A stretch of 63,992 nt of DNA, the filler included, from Candidatus Woesearchaeota archaeon (GTDB lineage: Archaea; Nanobdellota; Nanobdellia; Woesearchaeales; B72-G16): NCBI GenBank assembly GCA_003650545.1. It is 4 parts of 4 records of this genome, joined end to end, with 100 filler letters (N's around TTAATTAATTAA, not from the genome) between each part and the next. Parts side by side here need not be neighbours in the genome. Positions count along the whole stretch, not along the records: positions 20,607 to 40,663 come from QMQO01000024.1; positions 40,764 to 60,580 come from QMQO01000025.1; 2 more parts are not named here. The stretch is one strand, 5' to 3'. The translations under genes and the position numbers were made by a program. The first letter of the stretch is position 1, and the number at the start of each line of letters is the position of its first letter. Of this stretch, positions 33,141 to 42,841 are shown in pieces. The notes under the pieces are model-generated. The model ran no database searches. It saw only the letters and a list, made by a program, of their open reading frames with translations, and was not told where the DNA came from.

Positions 33141-33791
33141 CTAAAAAATCAGTCTAAACAGCGTAAAAAAGAAATATCCCCCATCAAAACCGGGTATAGG
33201 TAGCATATTTAATACAAACAAAAATAAATTAACATACTTTATCAGATGCAATATAGGCAAAACATTGTTGTATTTTGTTTTAAAAATCATCTTGCCAAAT
33301 TTTACATTCTTAATTAAAACAAGACAGCCAATAAAGAAAAAAAGATGCACTAATGGTCCGGCAACAGGAACTAGTAATGAAGGTGCAATAGCTTCTATTG
33401 GGGTGTAAGCAACATATCCTGGCACAAAAAAAAGAAACGGGAACCTAAAATAACGTAAAAGTATAGCCAACAATAAAAAACCATACGCAGCATAAAATGT
33501 TGCACTAATACCAAAACCAATTGCAACAAATTTATGGGCTAGTTCGTGCAAAATAATAGCAGGTGCTATAACCACTATTGCAATCTTAAAACCATACCAG
33601 TCAAAGCCAACATTTGTTAGAGGATCATAGTCTTTTCTTGGCACATTGAAGAACATCATAAACACATATCCAAGCACAAGCGCCATGATAATTATATCGA
33701 GAACCTCACCAATAAAAGTAGGTATTCTTAAACCTAAAAAAGATAACAAAACATCCCTATTTAGTCCTAATAATAGTCCAATTAGTCCCAT
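33141..33791 (-). CDS. M50 site-2 intramembrane metalloprotease
   Basis: HELAH, AGP and NMLPIPGFDGG. Confidence 0.88.
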   Translation of the reverse strand: MGLIGLLLGLNRDVLLSFLGLRIPTFIGEVLDIIIMALVLGYVFMMFFNVPRKDYDPLTNVGFDWYGFKIAIVVIAPAIILHELAHKFVAIGFGISATFYAAYGFLLLAILLRYFRFPFLFFVPGYVAYTPIEAIAPSLLVPVAGPLVHLFFFIGCLVLIKNVKFGKMIFKTKYNNVLPILHLIKYVNLFLFVLNMLPIPGFDGGYFFFTLFRLIF

Positions 33792-33943
33792 ATAATCTTT
33801 AAAAATAAAGCGGTTTAAATGTTTTACCTAAAATTTACTATTTAAAGTCTTACCCAAACCCTTAAATAACATTTACTTTTCTGTAGTATACACTAAAAAT
33901 ATAAATTAAAAAATTTTATTAAAAATTTCAAGGAGTAGGTAAA

Positions 33944-34372
33944 ATGACAGACACAGTTAAAGAAGGAAGCACAGTAAAGGTGCATTATACAGGAACCTTT
34001 GATGATGGCAAAATTTTTGATACAAGCCAAGGAAGAGCTCCAATAGAATTTACAGTTGGTAAAGGCCAGGTTATAAAAGGTTTTGAAGATGCAGTACTGG
34101 AAATGAGAAAAGGAGAAGAAAAAAACATTAGCTTACAACCTGATCAAGCTTATGGTCCTAGAAACGAGAAGCTTGTCTTGGAAGTTCCAAAGGAAGTACT
34201 CAAAATTCCTGAACCGAAAATAGGAATGGTCCTGTCAATGAAAGCAGAAGATGGACGTGAGTTCCGCGCTATTATTACAAAAGTAATTGACAATAAAGTA
34301 ACTATAGACTTAAATCATCCATTAGCAGGAAAAAAATTAAATTTTAAACTTAAAATAGAAGACATAAGATAA
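33944..34372 (+). CDS. slyD: FKBP-type PPIase, SlyD-like
   Basis: VKVHYTG, FDTS and DLNHPLAGKKLNF. Confidence 0.95.
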   Translation: MTDTVKEGSTVKVHYTGTFDDGKIFDTSQGRAPIEFTVGKGQVIKGFEDAVLEMRKGEEKNISLQPDQAYGPRNEKLVLEVPKEVLKIPEPKIGMVLSMKAEDGREFRAIITKVIDNKVTIDLNHPLAGKKLNFKLKIEDIR

Positions 34373-34485
34373 TAAGATAACTAATAGTAATAGTAATAGT
34401 AATAGGTGATATCATTCTAAAATAGTAACATTTATATATTGGCTTATATTCTATAACTATCAAAGGTTGGTGGGGGTACTTAAAA

Positions 34486-35196
34486 ATGAACAAGACTGCT
34501 CTTATGATATTATTGATTATTTTGATAGTAGCTGTTATAATTGGTGGTATTTTTGCAGTACGTGCAGTCGTCAAATCAGCAACAAATACCACACAAAATT
34601 TAACACAGCAACAGCAAGTAGATCTTGCTGAAAAATCAGAACTTGTTGAGCTGAAAAATCAGCTCAGTGCTTTAGAAACAAGCATCAACAATGTTAAGTT
34701 AGATTTAAAAGAAACAACAAATAATCTACAAAGCCAGATTAATACATTAAAGGAACAGCAAGCAACACAACAACAAAGCTTTGCATCAACAGACAACTTT
34801 GTTTACGGAAGCTTTGACATAAACGTTCTAAACGCACAAAATTGTAGACAGTACTTAGATATGGCAGAAGATGCTGTAAGAGACGCAGAAGATATTTTAG
34901 ACGATGCTAAATCAGACGAAGATGATGAAAAAGAAGAATATGACGATGCGGTGGCTGAATATGAGAGACTAAAAGCATTAAAAGACAACACAACATACTG
35001 GAACTCTTTGACAGAATCACAACAAGAAGATCTTGAAGATGACATAGACGAGGCAAAAAAAGACAAGAAGGATGAGAAACGTGATTGGGAAGATGCGAAA
35101 GACGAAGTAGATGATGCAGAAAACGCATTAGACGATGCTGAGAAGCTTGAGCGTATGATCAAGACAAGATGTCGTTCATTTGGCATAACAAGCTAA
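34486..35196 (+). CDS. Membrane-anchored acidic coiled-coil protein
   Basis: N-terminal TM helix, heptad-rich D/E segments and a Cys pair. Confidence 0.6.
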   Translation: MNKTALMILLIILIVAVIIGGIFAVRAVVKSATNTTQNLTQQQQVDLAEKSELVELKNQLSALETSINNVKLDLKETTNNLQSQINTLKEQQATQQQSFASTDNFVYGSFDINVLNAQNCRQYLDMAEDAVRDAEDILDDAKSDEDDEKEEYDDAVAEYERLKALKDNTTYWNSLTESQQEDLEDDIDEAKKDKKDEKRDWEDAKDEVDDAENALDDAEKLERMIKTRCRSFGITS

Positions 35197-35304
35197 TTTT
35201 TTTAATTTTATTTCTATAATTTTATTTCTAACTTCTTTTGCCAATCTTCTTCTCAGGTTCTTAACGAATAATTTAAATAAGTCCTTTTTATTCTTATTAC
35301 TACT

Positions 35305-35661
35305 ATGACGGCTTTAGTAGCATGCTTAACAACAGGAAAAGGGACGTGGGGGCATGTATCAAGAATTATAGAGGAAATGGAGTTAGACCAGATATTCTTA
35401 ATAACAAATGAATTTGGTCAAAAAAATTTTAATCACAAAAAACCAGTCCAATTTATAATAATAGATAATACTAAACAAATCAAGGAATTAGTGCAGGACA
35501 TCAAAGATGCAATTGAGGATAAAATTTGTGGTACAGAAGTGGCCTTGAATTTAATATCGGGAACAGGCAAAGAACACATGGCTATTATCGCAGCAATTAT
35601 ACAATCCGGCCTTGGTTTTAGGCTTGTTGTACTGACGAAAGATGGCGTGATTGAAATTTAG
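35305..35661 (+). CDS. Small Rossmann/CARF-like hypothetical protein
   Basis: LVACLTTGKG first strand and ALNLISGTGKEHMA, resembling the CARF (D/N)x(T/S)GGxK motif. Confidence 0.45.
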   Translation: MTALVACLTTGKGTWGHVSRIIEEMELDQIFLITNEFGQKNFNHKKPVQFIIIDNTKQIKELVQDIKDAIEDKICGTEVALNLISGTGKEHMAIIAAIIQSGLGFRLVVLTKDGVIEI

Positions 35662-35674
35662 ATAAAGATTTAAA

Positions 35675-36502
35675 ATGTTCAAGTGGTATGGTATACTAGG
35701 CATTTTCATGATTCTTTTTATAGAGTTAAATTTTGCTCTAAAAATCCAACCATTTGCAGAATACTATTTTGTTATTGCTTGGTTAGGGTATATCTTAGTT
35801 ATAGATGCTGTTGTCTTTAGGTTAAAAAAGAAATCCTACATCTACAATAAAAAAAAGAAACTTATTTTCTTGTTTATCATATCGGCCGTTATTTGGTGGA
35901 TCTATGAGCTAATCAACATCAGATTAGGAAATTGGGGTTATAACAACGTCTATGGTTGGGCTGCATTAAAAGGTGGAGTTCTAAAATCAGTTTACTTCTC
36001 TACTGTAATTCCTGCTGTATTTGAGACAGCTGAATTAGTCAAGGCGATACATGTTTTTGACAGGCTAAAGCTAAAGCATCCGTATAAACTTACAAAGATA
36101 ACCTTGTATGTGTTAATTGCACTTGGTATTTTATGCCTTGTACTTCCATTGCTATGGCCAAAGTATTTCTTCCCACTTATCTGGCTAACATTTTTCCTTA
36201 TTTTAGACCCTGTAAATTATCTACACAACCAGCCAAGTTTGATGGTGCATTTTAAGGACAGAAAGATTAGTATTATACTGACACTAGCATTAGCTGGTTT
36301 GATTTGTGGGTTCTTCTGGGAATTCTGGAATTATTGGGCCATCACAAAGTGGACATACAACATACCTTATGTTGGTTTTATGAAAGTTTTTGAGATGCCA
36401 ATTCTTGGTTATCTTGGTTATATCCCGTTTGCTTGGAGTTTGTATGCTGTATATCATTATGTTAATTCTTTGTTTCATAAGAATGAAAAGGATATTATAT
36501 AA
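35675..36502 (+). CDS. Hypothetical polytopic membrane protein
   Basis: Internally duplicated WWIYELIN / FWEFWN motifs and FEMPILGYLGY. Confidence 0.7.
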   Translation: MFKWYGILGIFMILFIELNFALKIQPFAEYYFVIAWLGYILVIDAVVFRLKKKSYIYNKKKKLIFLFIISAVIWWIYELINIRLGNWGYNNVYGWAALKGGVLKSVYFSTVIPAVFETAELVKAIHVFDRLKLKHPYKLTKITLYVLIALGILCLVLPLLWPKYFFPLIWLTFFLILDPVNYLHNQPSLMVHFKDRKISIILTLALAGLICGFFWEFWNYWAITKWTYNIPYVGFMKVFEMPILGYLGYIPFAWSLYAVYHYVNSLFHKNEKDII

Positions 36503-36505
36503 TAA

Positions 36506-37114
36506 TCAATAGTTGCTTATTTTTTTCTTACTTATTAAAATTCTGTACCCACCACCGCGTGCAATCGTCTCAACATTCCCAAATACATTTTCCATGCATG
36601 TAGCTATTTGTTTGCCCCCCTTTTGACTTCTTACAACAACTTGTAACAGTCCATTGTTAACAATATGTTTCTTACTTTCTTCAATTAACTTAAAGCAGAT
36701 ATCCTTGCCAGCTGTTTGTGGTGGATTCAATAATATAACATCAAACTTACTCTTTATTTTTCTAAAACCATCTGATTGCAGAACAATAGTCTTAACATCA
36801 TTCAGTTTAGCGTTTTTCTTTGTTAGCATTATAGCACGTTCATTAATATCACTCTGCACAACATCATTCTCGGGAAAAGCTTTTTTAATAGCTATTCCTA
36901 CGACACCTGAACCGCAACCTAGATCAAGAACCTTCCATCCATTTCCCATAACACCTTTCTCAATCAAAAGTTTACTTCCCTTATCGACCCTTTTCTTTGA
37001 AAATACACCAGAAGAAGTCATTATTTTAATTTCATTTCCTCTAAGATTGTCAGTAATCAATTGTACCCTCATCTTAGAATTCTGTTTTTTATGGAAGTAA
37101 TGTGGCATTTTCAT
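36506..37114 (-). CDS. RsmC-like class I SAM methyltransferase (MTS)
   Basis: GVFS, LDLGCGSG and LNPP. Confidence 0.88.
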   Translation of the reverse strand: MKMPHYFHKKQNSKMRVQLITDNLRGNEIKIMTSSGVFSKKRVDKGSKLLIEKGVMGNGWKVLDLGCGSGVVGIAIKKAFPENDVVQSDINERAIMLTKKNAKLNDVKTIVLQSDGFRKIKSKFDVILLNPPQTAGKDICFKLIEESKKHIVNNGLLQVVVRSQKGGKQIATCMENVFGNVETIARGGGYRILISKKKISNY

Positions 37115-37896
37115 TCCATAATACCAAACATCTGGTATAGCAGTCTGTCAGCAGCCCTTATAATATCCCATTCGGTTTCACCTTCTATAAGTATACAGTT
37201 TCCTTCGTATCTTGCTCCAGTACTCTCTCCTATTTTAAAATACATTACAACCGTACTCTCATCAGCATCCTCACAAGTTATCACAGTCATATTATTGCCT
37301 TTTGTTTTTTTAGTTAAAGCTGCTTTTGTAGGTTTGTTATAGATGTTAAACTTATCTCCAATTGCACGCCCGATTTCGATCATAGCAACAACAGCCTTAG
37401 ATGAAAGATCAGGATCTGTTGTAAAGTAAACAAAATCTGCATTCAAAATACGCTCTTTAGTTCCAGGCTGAATACTTATCCCATTTAATTCGCGAGGACT
37501 AAACCTGATTGCAAAATCATATATATCTGTAGTTCGGTTTTCAATATTAATGTTTATTCTTGTGAGCCAGACATTATTAAAACGCGTAAACTTAAAACCA
37601 TTATACACATAAGTATAACCTTCTGGCACATCAACTATATTGCCCTCAAATATTACAGAGCCGACAACATACGGTTGCTTTGGTTTAATAAACTGTGTTG
37701 TCCCGAATGCTATTAAAAATATAACAACCAAAGCACCAATTATGTACAATAATGATAGATAGCTTTTCTTCCTAGCTTTAACCTCTAGTTCTTCATTTAC
37801 TGGTTCTTCTCTTTTCTCAGTCTGCCCTTTCTTCTTGGAAATCTCCTCTTGGTTTTCTCGAATATCTTGACCAATGTCTAAAGCTCCTTCAGTCAT
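37111..37896 (-). CDS. Membrane-anchored hypothetical protein
   Basis: Single TM helix, YNGFKF motif and a C-terminal Cys pair. Confidence 0.65.
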   Translation of the reverse strand: MTEGALDIGQDIRENQEEISKKKGQTEKREEPVNEELEVKARKKSYLSLLYIIGALVVIFLIAFGTTQFIKPKQPYVVGSVIFEGNIVDVPEGYTYVYNGFKFTRFNNVWLTRININIENRTTDIYDFAIRFSPRELNGISIQPGTKERILNADFVYFTTDPDLSSKAVVAMIEIGRAIGDKFNIYNKPTKAALTKKTKGNNMTVITCEDADESTVVMYFKIGESTGARYEGNCILIEGETEWDIIRAADRLLYQMFGIME

Positions 37897-38032
37897 GCCT
37901 TTCTATTTAATTAATTTTGTATAAAAATCTTTCGTCTATAAAAAATACAAAACTTTATAAATAAAGGAACACCCCATTAAAAAATTGTGCGTTGGGCACA
38001 AGATTAATTTAAATAAATAGGTGTAAATAAGA

Positions 38033-38431
38033 ATGGGTAAATTTAGAAGGCAACCAATAACACCGCCAGTTAAAGTAGGCGATGAATTAGATGTGAAAAT
38101 AGAAGCCGTCGGCGAGAAAGGCGATGGCATTGCAAAGAAAGAAGGCTTTGTTTTATTTGTGCCTAATACAAAAGAAGGCGATTTAGTCAGGGTTAAAGTA
38201 ACCCGCGTTCTTAGGAATGTAGGTTTTGCAGAAGTTATTGGAGAGGCTCAAGGCGAGCCAGAATCTGAAGAAACCCCTGCAGAGGGAGAAGCTGTTGAAG
38301 AACCACCATCTAAAGAACAGCCAGAAGACACAGAAGATTTTGGAGAAGAGTTAGAACAACCAGAAGAAACCCCTGCAGAGGAAAAAACTCAGGCAGAAGA
38401 AACTCCTGCAGAGGAAAAAAAGGAAGAATAA
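38033..38431 (+). CDS. TRAM-domain RNA-binding protein with acidic tail
   Basis: PVKVGDE..IEAVGEKGDGIAK..GFVLFVP; EETPAE repeated three times. Confidence 0.9.
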   Translation: MGKFRRQPITPPVKVGDELDVKIEAVGEKGDGIAKKEGFVLFVPNTKEGDLVRVKVTRVLRNVGFAEVIGEAQGEPESEETPAEGEAVEEPPSKEQPEDTEDFGEELEQPEETPAEEKTQAEETPAEEKKEE

Positions 38432-38470
38432 AATCAATATTTTATTTTTTTTTAATATTTTTTAATCAAA

Positions 38471-39004
38471 ATGAGACTATTTGTTGCAATAGAAGCAAAA
38501 GAGGTTTCTGACTACCTTAAATCAATCCAAGATAAGTTAAGGTTTAAAGGTGTTAAACAAGTTGAAAAATTTCATTTAACGTTAAAATTTCTTGGTGAAG
38601 TAGAAGAGAATAAAGTTGAGCAGATAAAAAAAGCTTTATCAAAAATTTCGTTCAAGCCGTTTGAATTAACATTAGACACAATTGGCGTCTTTCCTAATCC
38701 TAGTAGAATAAATGTTATCTGGGTTGACGTAAAAGAAAAGCAACATATAACAAATTTATACAATCAGATTGATGCCTGTCTAAAAGATTATGAGGATGAC
38801 CGAAAATTTCATCCTCACATAACTATTAGCAGAGTTAAATTTCTTATTAATAAAAAAGAGTTTAAGGACAAAATTGATAGTATAACGATACAACCAGAAA
38901 AAATTATTGTTAATGAATTTAAATTAATCAAATCAGATCTAACGCCAGAGGGCCCAATTTATACTGACTTAGCAATTTACAAGACTCAGAAACACAAAAA
39001 ATAG
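38471..39004 (+). CDS. thpR: RNA 2',3'-cyclic phosphodiesterase (2H family)
   Basis: MRLFVAI, HLTL, HITI and SDLTPEGPIY. Confidence 0.93.
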   Translation: MRLFVAIEAKEVSDYLKSIQDKLRFKGVKQVEKFHLTLKFLGEVEENKVEQIKKALSKISFKPFELTLDTIGVFPNPSRINVIWVDVKEKQHITNLYNQIDACLKDYEDDRKFHPHITISRVKFLINKKEFKDKIDSITIQPEKIIVNEFKLIKSDLTPEGPIYTDLAIYKTQKHKK

Positions 39005-39008
39005 TAAT

Positions 39009-39128
39009 CTTTATAAATAGGTCGTTATACCAAAACACTATTGCCTAGTATAGAGGATAGCTGTAAAGGACTCTATACACACTATCGGGCGATAAAAGAT
39101 AGTAACTGATGTTTCTATCATGTTACTA
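39009..39128 (+). promoter_or_regulatory. TATA promoter and structured 5' leader of rps2
   Basis: TTTATAAA at 39010; stems GTATAGAG/CTCTATAC and TAGTAAC/GTTACTA. Confidence 0.5.
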
Positions 39129-39146
39129 ATTAATTGAGTCGACAAA

Positions 39147-39749
39147 ATGGCTGAAGAAGAACAATTTTTGGTACCAAGCGATGTTTATCTTAAGTCAGGC
39201 ATACATATAGGAACAAAATTCAAGACAAAATATATGGAGCGTTTTATCTACAAAACAAGACCTGATGGTCTATCTGTATTAAATCTTCAAAAGATTAATG
39301 AAAGGATCATTATTGCAATTAGTTTCTTGGCACAATATGCGCCAGATGAAATACTGGTTGTCTCAAGAAGAGAGAATGGTTGGCGTCCTGTTAAACTGTT
39401 CGGAAAGTTAACAGGTGCAAAAGTTTTTGCTGGACGTTATCCGCCTGGTATTCTAACCAATCCTAGACTTGATAATTTCATTGAGGCCAAAGTACTGCTT
39501 GTTACAGATGCATGGCCAGATCGAAATGCAATTGAAGACGCAATGAAGATGGGCATCCCAATTATAGCTCTTTGTGATACTAATAATCAATCAAACAAAA
39601 TTGACTTAGTTGTACCTCTTAACAACAAAGGGAAAAAAAGCCTTGGCTTATTCTTCTGGCTATTGACAACAGGTTATATGAAGGCTCGTGGCATGATCAA
39701 AGATGAAAAAGAGATAAAGTATAAATTGGACGATTTTGCAGAAGAATAA
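39147..39749 (+). CDS. rps2: 30S ribosomal protein uS2 (archaeal)
   Basis: YLKSGIHIGTK, GRYPPG, ALCDT and NNKGKKSL. Confidence 0.97.
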   Translation: MAEEEQFLVPSDVYLKSGIHIGTKFKTKYMERFIYKTRPDGLSVLNLQKINERIIIAISFLAQYAPDEILVVSRRENGWRPVKLFGKLTGAKVFAGRYPPGILTNPRLDNFIEAKVLLVTDAWPDRNAIEDAMKMGIPIIALCDTNNQSNKIDLVVPLNNKGKKSLGLFFWLLTTGYMKARGMIKDEKEIKYKLDDFAEE

Positions 39750-39750
39750 T

Positions 39751-40431
39751 TCATTCAACTTTTTCAATTCCTTTATCTGTTATTGCAAACAGAATACTTT
39801 TTTCTTCAGGCAAAGCGCGATGCTTTCTTATGATTGCAACCCTTTTGTTCTTATGCAGTTTTTGTAGTTCAATCAAACATTTAGATTGATACTTTAACAA
39901 GTCGCCACCAACCATATTAACTTTGCTTTTATTCTCAAAATCGCTATACACTTGGTTTGTTATCAGCACAGGAATCTTCATTGTTCTAGCAATTTCTGTA
40001 AGATAGCTAAGTTGTTGTCCTAGAGCTCTGTTGACATCAACAACATCATCCGTTCTCCCGATCTCAACTCTATAAAGCATTGCGATGCTATCCACTATAA
40101 TCAAGCCAATCTTATCATTTATTAGCAATCTTAATTTTTCAAATGCTTTCTTTTGTTCTTCAAAGCTAATTGGTTTTAGAAATAGGATTTGTTCTAACAC
40201 ATTCATATAATCTTCCGTGATTTGTTTTAGCCTTTCGACAGAAAAGCTGCCCTCTGTGTCAACATATATAACCTTTTTACCATTCTTGACTGTTTCAAGA
40301 GCTGCTAGTATAGCTAAGTTTGTTTTTCCAGAGCCGAAAGGTCCATATATTGTTGTAATTGCATCGGCGTCATAGCCATTCTTAAGTAACTCGTCCATAA
40401 CAGATGTTCCAGTAGATATTTTTGCAACCAT
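39751..40431 (-). CDS. radB: DNA repair protein RadB
   Basis: GPFGSGKT, DTEG, DSI, TNQV and the RadB-specific KHR motif. Confidence 0.93.
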   Translation of the reverse strand: MVAKISTGTSVMDELLKNGYDADAITTIYGPFGSGKTNLAILAALETVKNGKKVIYVDTEGSFSVERLKQITEDYMNVLEQILFLKPISFEEQKKAFEKLRLLINDKIGLIIVDSIAMLYRVEIGRTDDVVDVNRALGQQLSYLTEIARTMKIPVLITNQVYSDFENKSKVNMVGGDLLKYQSKCLIELQKLHKNKRVAIIRKHRALPEEKSILFAITDKGIEKVE

Positions 40432-40571
40432 CATCTAGATAAAGTGGAATTAGTTTATATATTTTTATGAAAAACTTTATATAACTCAAAATATATTTCA
40501 AACACATGATTGCATGAAACCTCGCGGTTTTATATTCCCCACAGGAAATATAAAACTTTGAGGTGATACAC

Positions 40572-40663
40572 ATGCAATATGTAGGTTTAGACGTACATAA
40601 AAAGTTTACGCAAGGTTGCATCCTTGATAAGGATGGCAACATGATTCTTGAACAAAAGTTCAA
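40572..40663 (+). mobile_element. IS110-family transposase, N-terminus only (cut by contig end)
   Basis: Not in the ORF track. GAGGTGA RBS followed by MQYVGLDVHKKFTQGCILDKDG, the DEDD RuvC-like first strand. Confidence 0.85.
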
Positions 40664-40763
40664 NNNNNNNNNNNNNNNNNNNNNNNNNNNNNNNNNNNNN
40701 NNNNNNNTTAATTAATTAANNNNNNNNNNNNNNNNNNNNNNNNNNNNNNNNNNNNNNNNNNNN
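40664..40763. other. Artificial contig linker
   Basis: N-run + TTAATTAATTAA + N-run. Confidence 0.99.
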
Positions 40764-40861
40764 GTCAACTCATCATCAAGATCCTCATCAAAAAACCGTT
40801 CAAATCGATCTAAAACTCTCATCGCTTCACTTATGTCAACATGAAATTCAATGCTCGACAA
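40764..40861 (-). CDS. Tail gene start (tape measure or gp10-like), truncated
   Basis: GGTGA RBS, TTG start, MSSIEFHVDISEAMRVLDRFERFFDEDLDDEL; follows the chaperone. Confidence 0.55.
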
Positions 40862-40863
40862 AC

Positions 40864-41073
40864 CTAATCACCACTTTGACTTTTAAGATCCTCAGAAATA
40901 AGAAGAAGTAAAAGCTCAACTTCACGGCCGTCGAGTTTGTCGAATTCGCTTGGCTGCATGTGATAATATCGCATGAAAAGATGCTTTACAATGATATATT
41001 GCACTTCAAAGTCGTATAGATGTACGTCTCGTGTGCGATATGCTTCAAGAAGTGCTCTTACTGTTGAAAAGGG
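40864..41073 (-). CDS. -1 frameshift extension (gpT-like) of the tail assembly chaperone
   Basis: Slippery C CCT TTT at 41073-41067. The -1 frame is open for 67 codons (..YYHMQPSEFDKLDGREVELL..) up to TAG at 40864. Confidence 0.85.
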   Translation of the reverse strand, partial: PFSTVRALLEAYRTRDVHLYDFEVQYIIVKHLFMRYYHMQPSEFDKLDGREVELLLLLISEDLKSQSGD

Positions 41074-41339
41074 ATTGCATTAAAAATAATAATTTCATTG
41101 AAGAGCCGCTCGGCAACCGCCGCATCCATATTTTCAACATCTTCACGAGTTAATTGTGGCTCTTTAACGCCGAGCACTATTGCATTAATCATAAATTCGC
41201 CAATGTCAAGTTCTTTTATTCTGCCGGATCGATCCAGCTTTGCAGCACGCTTGTAAAGCTCGATTTTCTCTTTGAATTTCCAGCGCTTAATAATATACTC
41301 TTCATTACCTATGCGAATTAGTTTTTCAGTTTGCATCAA
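41058..41339 (-). CDS. Tail assembly chaperone (gpG-like)
   Basis: Lies after the tail tube gene and ends at the slippery site. Confidence 0.8.
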   Translation of the reverse strand: MMQTEKLIRIGNEEYIIKRWKFKEKIELYKRAAKLDRSGRIKELDIGEFMINAIVLGVKEPQLTREDVENMDAAVAERLFNEIIIFNAIPFQQ

Positions 41340-41348
41340 TTGTCACCT

Positions 41349-42185
41349 CTAAGCTAAAGTTATTGATTTAGCTGTAAACGGCAGTGTTAAGCCAATGAGA
41401 TCGGTAGGCCGGCTTGGAACTCTAAATTCATCCCACTTGCAACCGGTTAAATTGAAGCTGTTTATGCTGCTTATTTTAAGTGTGAGTGAGAATTCAGTGT
41501 CATTTATGATGTCAGTTAATTCTATGAAGTCTTCAAGAGTTACGGTGATTGATCCAGTTATTTCTCGATGCTTCTCAATAATTGCCTGTGGCTTAGTATC
41601 CCATCCTGGAACTCGCTCAAGATTATTACGTATTCTAAGCTCAAAAGCAATTGCCTTAACAAATGCTGAACCATCTTTTAGAACAGCGTCGCTTGGCGGC
41701 ACAAATGGATCAGTGCCGGGATCACTTGGCAACTCACTGTACTGCGGCGCAGTTTCACTATGATCCTTGCAGAGCCAATTCATTGTTACTGCAAGCGGCT
41801 CGCCGGGCCGGCCTCGAACAGTTAATTCATTTGCTTTACAGCCAGTTAAAACGAGATCCTTATTTATGTTTGTGAAATTAAACCACCATGTCACGCTCTT
41901 ACTAATATTGCCAATTGCATACTGCATGACGTTTATCGTTGTCGGCTGAAGAATTGTTCTTAAGTTCACGTCTTCACGAACTTTTACATGCCTTGCAACA
42001 TCGCGAGATCCACTTAAATAGCGAACTCTAATATATTGTGGTAGGATGGCTGGATCAATCTCTATAACGTCGCCCCAATTATAAGATAATGTAGCTGTAT
42101 CTGTGCCGGTTGGCGCTGTGCCGAAAGTTGTTTCCTCATAATAGCCGTGCCTAACGGCATATCCACGCTCAACAACTAAACTCAT
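41349..42185 (-). CDS. Tail tube protein
   Basis: EETTFGTAP start, FELRIRNNL and REITGSITV; beta-rich; position in the tail module. Confidence 0.8.
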   Translation of the reverse strand: MSLVVERGYAVRHGYYEETTFGTAPTGTDTATLSYNWGDVIEIDPAILPQYIRVRYLSGSRDVARHVKVREDVNLRTILQPTTINVMQYAIGNISKSVTWWFNFTNINKDLVLTGCKANELTVRGRPGEPLAVTMNWLCKDHSETAPQYSELPSDPGTDPFVPPSDAVLKDGSAFVKAIAFELRIRNNLERVPGWDTKPQAIIEKHREITGSITVTLEDFIELTDIINDTEFSLTLKISSINSFNLTGCKWDEFRVPSRPTDLIGLTLPFTAKSITLA

Positions 42186-42466
42186 GCTTTTTCACCCTCA
42201 CATGTTTCGGCTTTCCTGCCCGCAACCTGCTGCGAGTCAGGGCCATCAACAAGATCCAACATTGATTTAAGATTTTGTTCAAACTCCATATACGCATCAA
42301 CAAGCACATTCACAAACACATGAAGTTGCTCATCCTTAAGACGAGGAAAATTGTCATGTATGTATTCGAGGAAAGCGGTTAAATTGCGTGCGCGAAATAA
42401 TGCAAGTGCAAGCTCACTAAAAAACCGGTTTAGCTTATCAACATTCAAGGCGCAATCACCAAGCAC
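42182..42466 (-). CDS. Hypothetical viral protein
   Basis: Fills the operon and overlaps both neighbours. Confidence 0.55.
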   Translation of the reverse strand: MLGDCALNVDKLNRFFSELALALFRARNLTAFLEYIHDNFPRLKDEQLHVFVNVLVDAYMEFEQNLKSMLDLVDGPDSQQVAGRKAETCEGEKA

Positions 42467-42840
42467 ATAAAGTCGAGTGCTTTGCGGTAAAATGCGCCGC
42501 GACGCGCATACTCAACAAGATCACGTGAACTTACGAGGCGAATGCCGAGGCAGAAACTGCTCATATTTTCATATAATACTTTAATTATTTGATCTGCATA
42601 CGTGTCGCGCAAACTCGGTTTGCCGGCCCACACGTCAATTGTTATACCGACTTCAAGAATTCTGGATGTTCTGTTGAACCAAACTGTGTTTTCACGCGTT
42701 GCAAAAGTATAAAGAATTGCAGCCGGCAACTTGATTTTTTCACCGGGCCACTCATCATAAACATGCAAGTTTTGAATATTATCTGAAAGTAGTGTTTTGA
42801 TATCGCTTATGAGCTTCTGGTATGGCGTTGTGGCGCTCAT
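42445..42840 (-). CDS. Tail terminator / tail completion protein
   Basis: VYDEWP..LPA and TIDVWA motifs, size and position. Confidence 0.65.
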   Translation of the reverse strand: MSATTPYQKLISDIKTLLSDNIQNLHVYDEWPGEKIKLPAAILYTFATRENTVWFNRTSRILEVGITIDVWAGKPSLRDTYADQIIKVLYENMSSFCLGIRLVSSRDLVEYARRGAFYRKALDFMCLVIAP

Positions 42841-42841
42841 T

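Noticed and set aside
34384..34407. (TAATAG)x4 tandem repeat
   Set aside because: A short low-complexity intergenic repeat with no spacers or associated genes.
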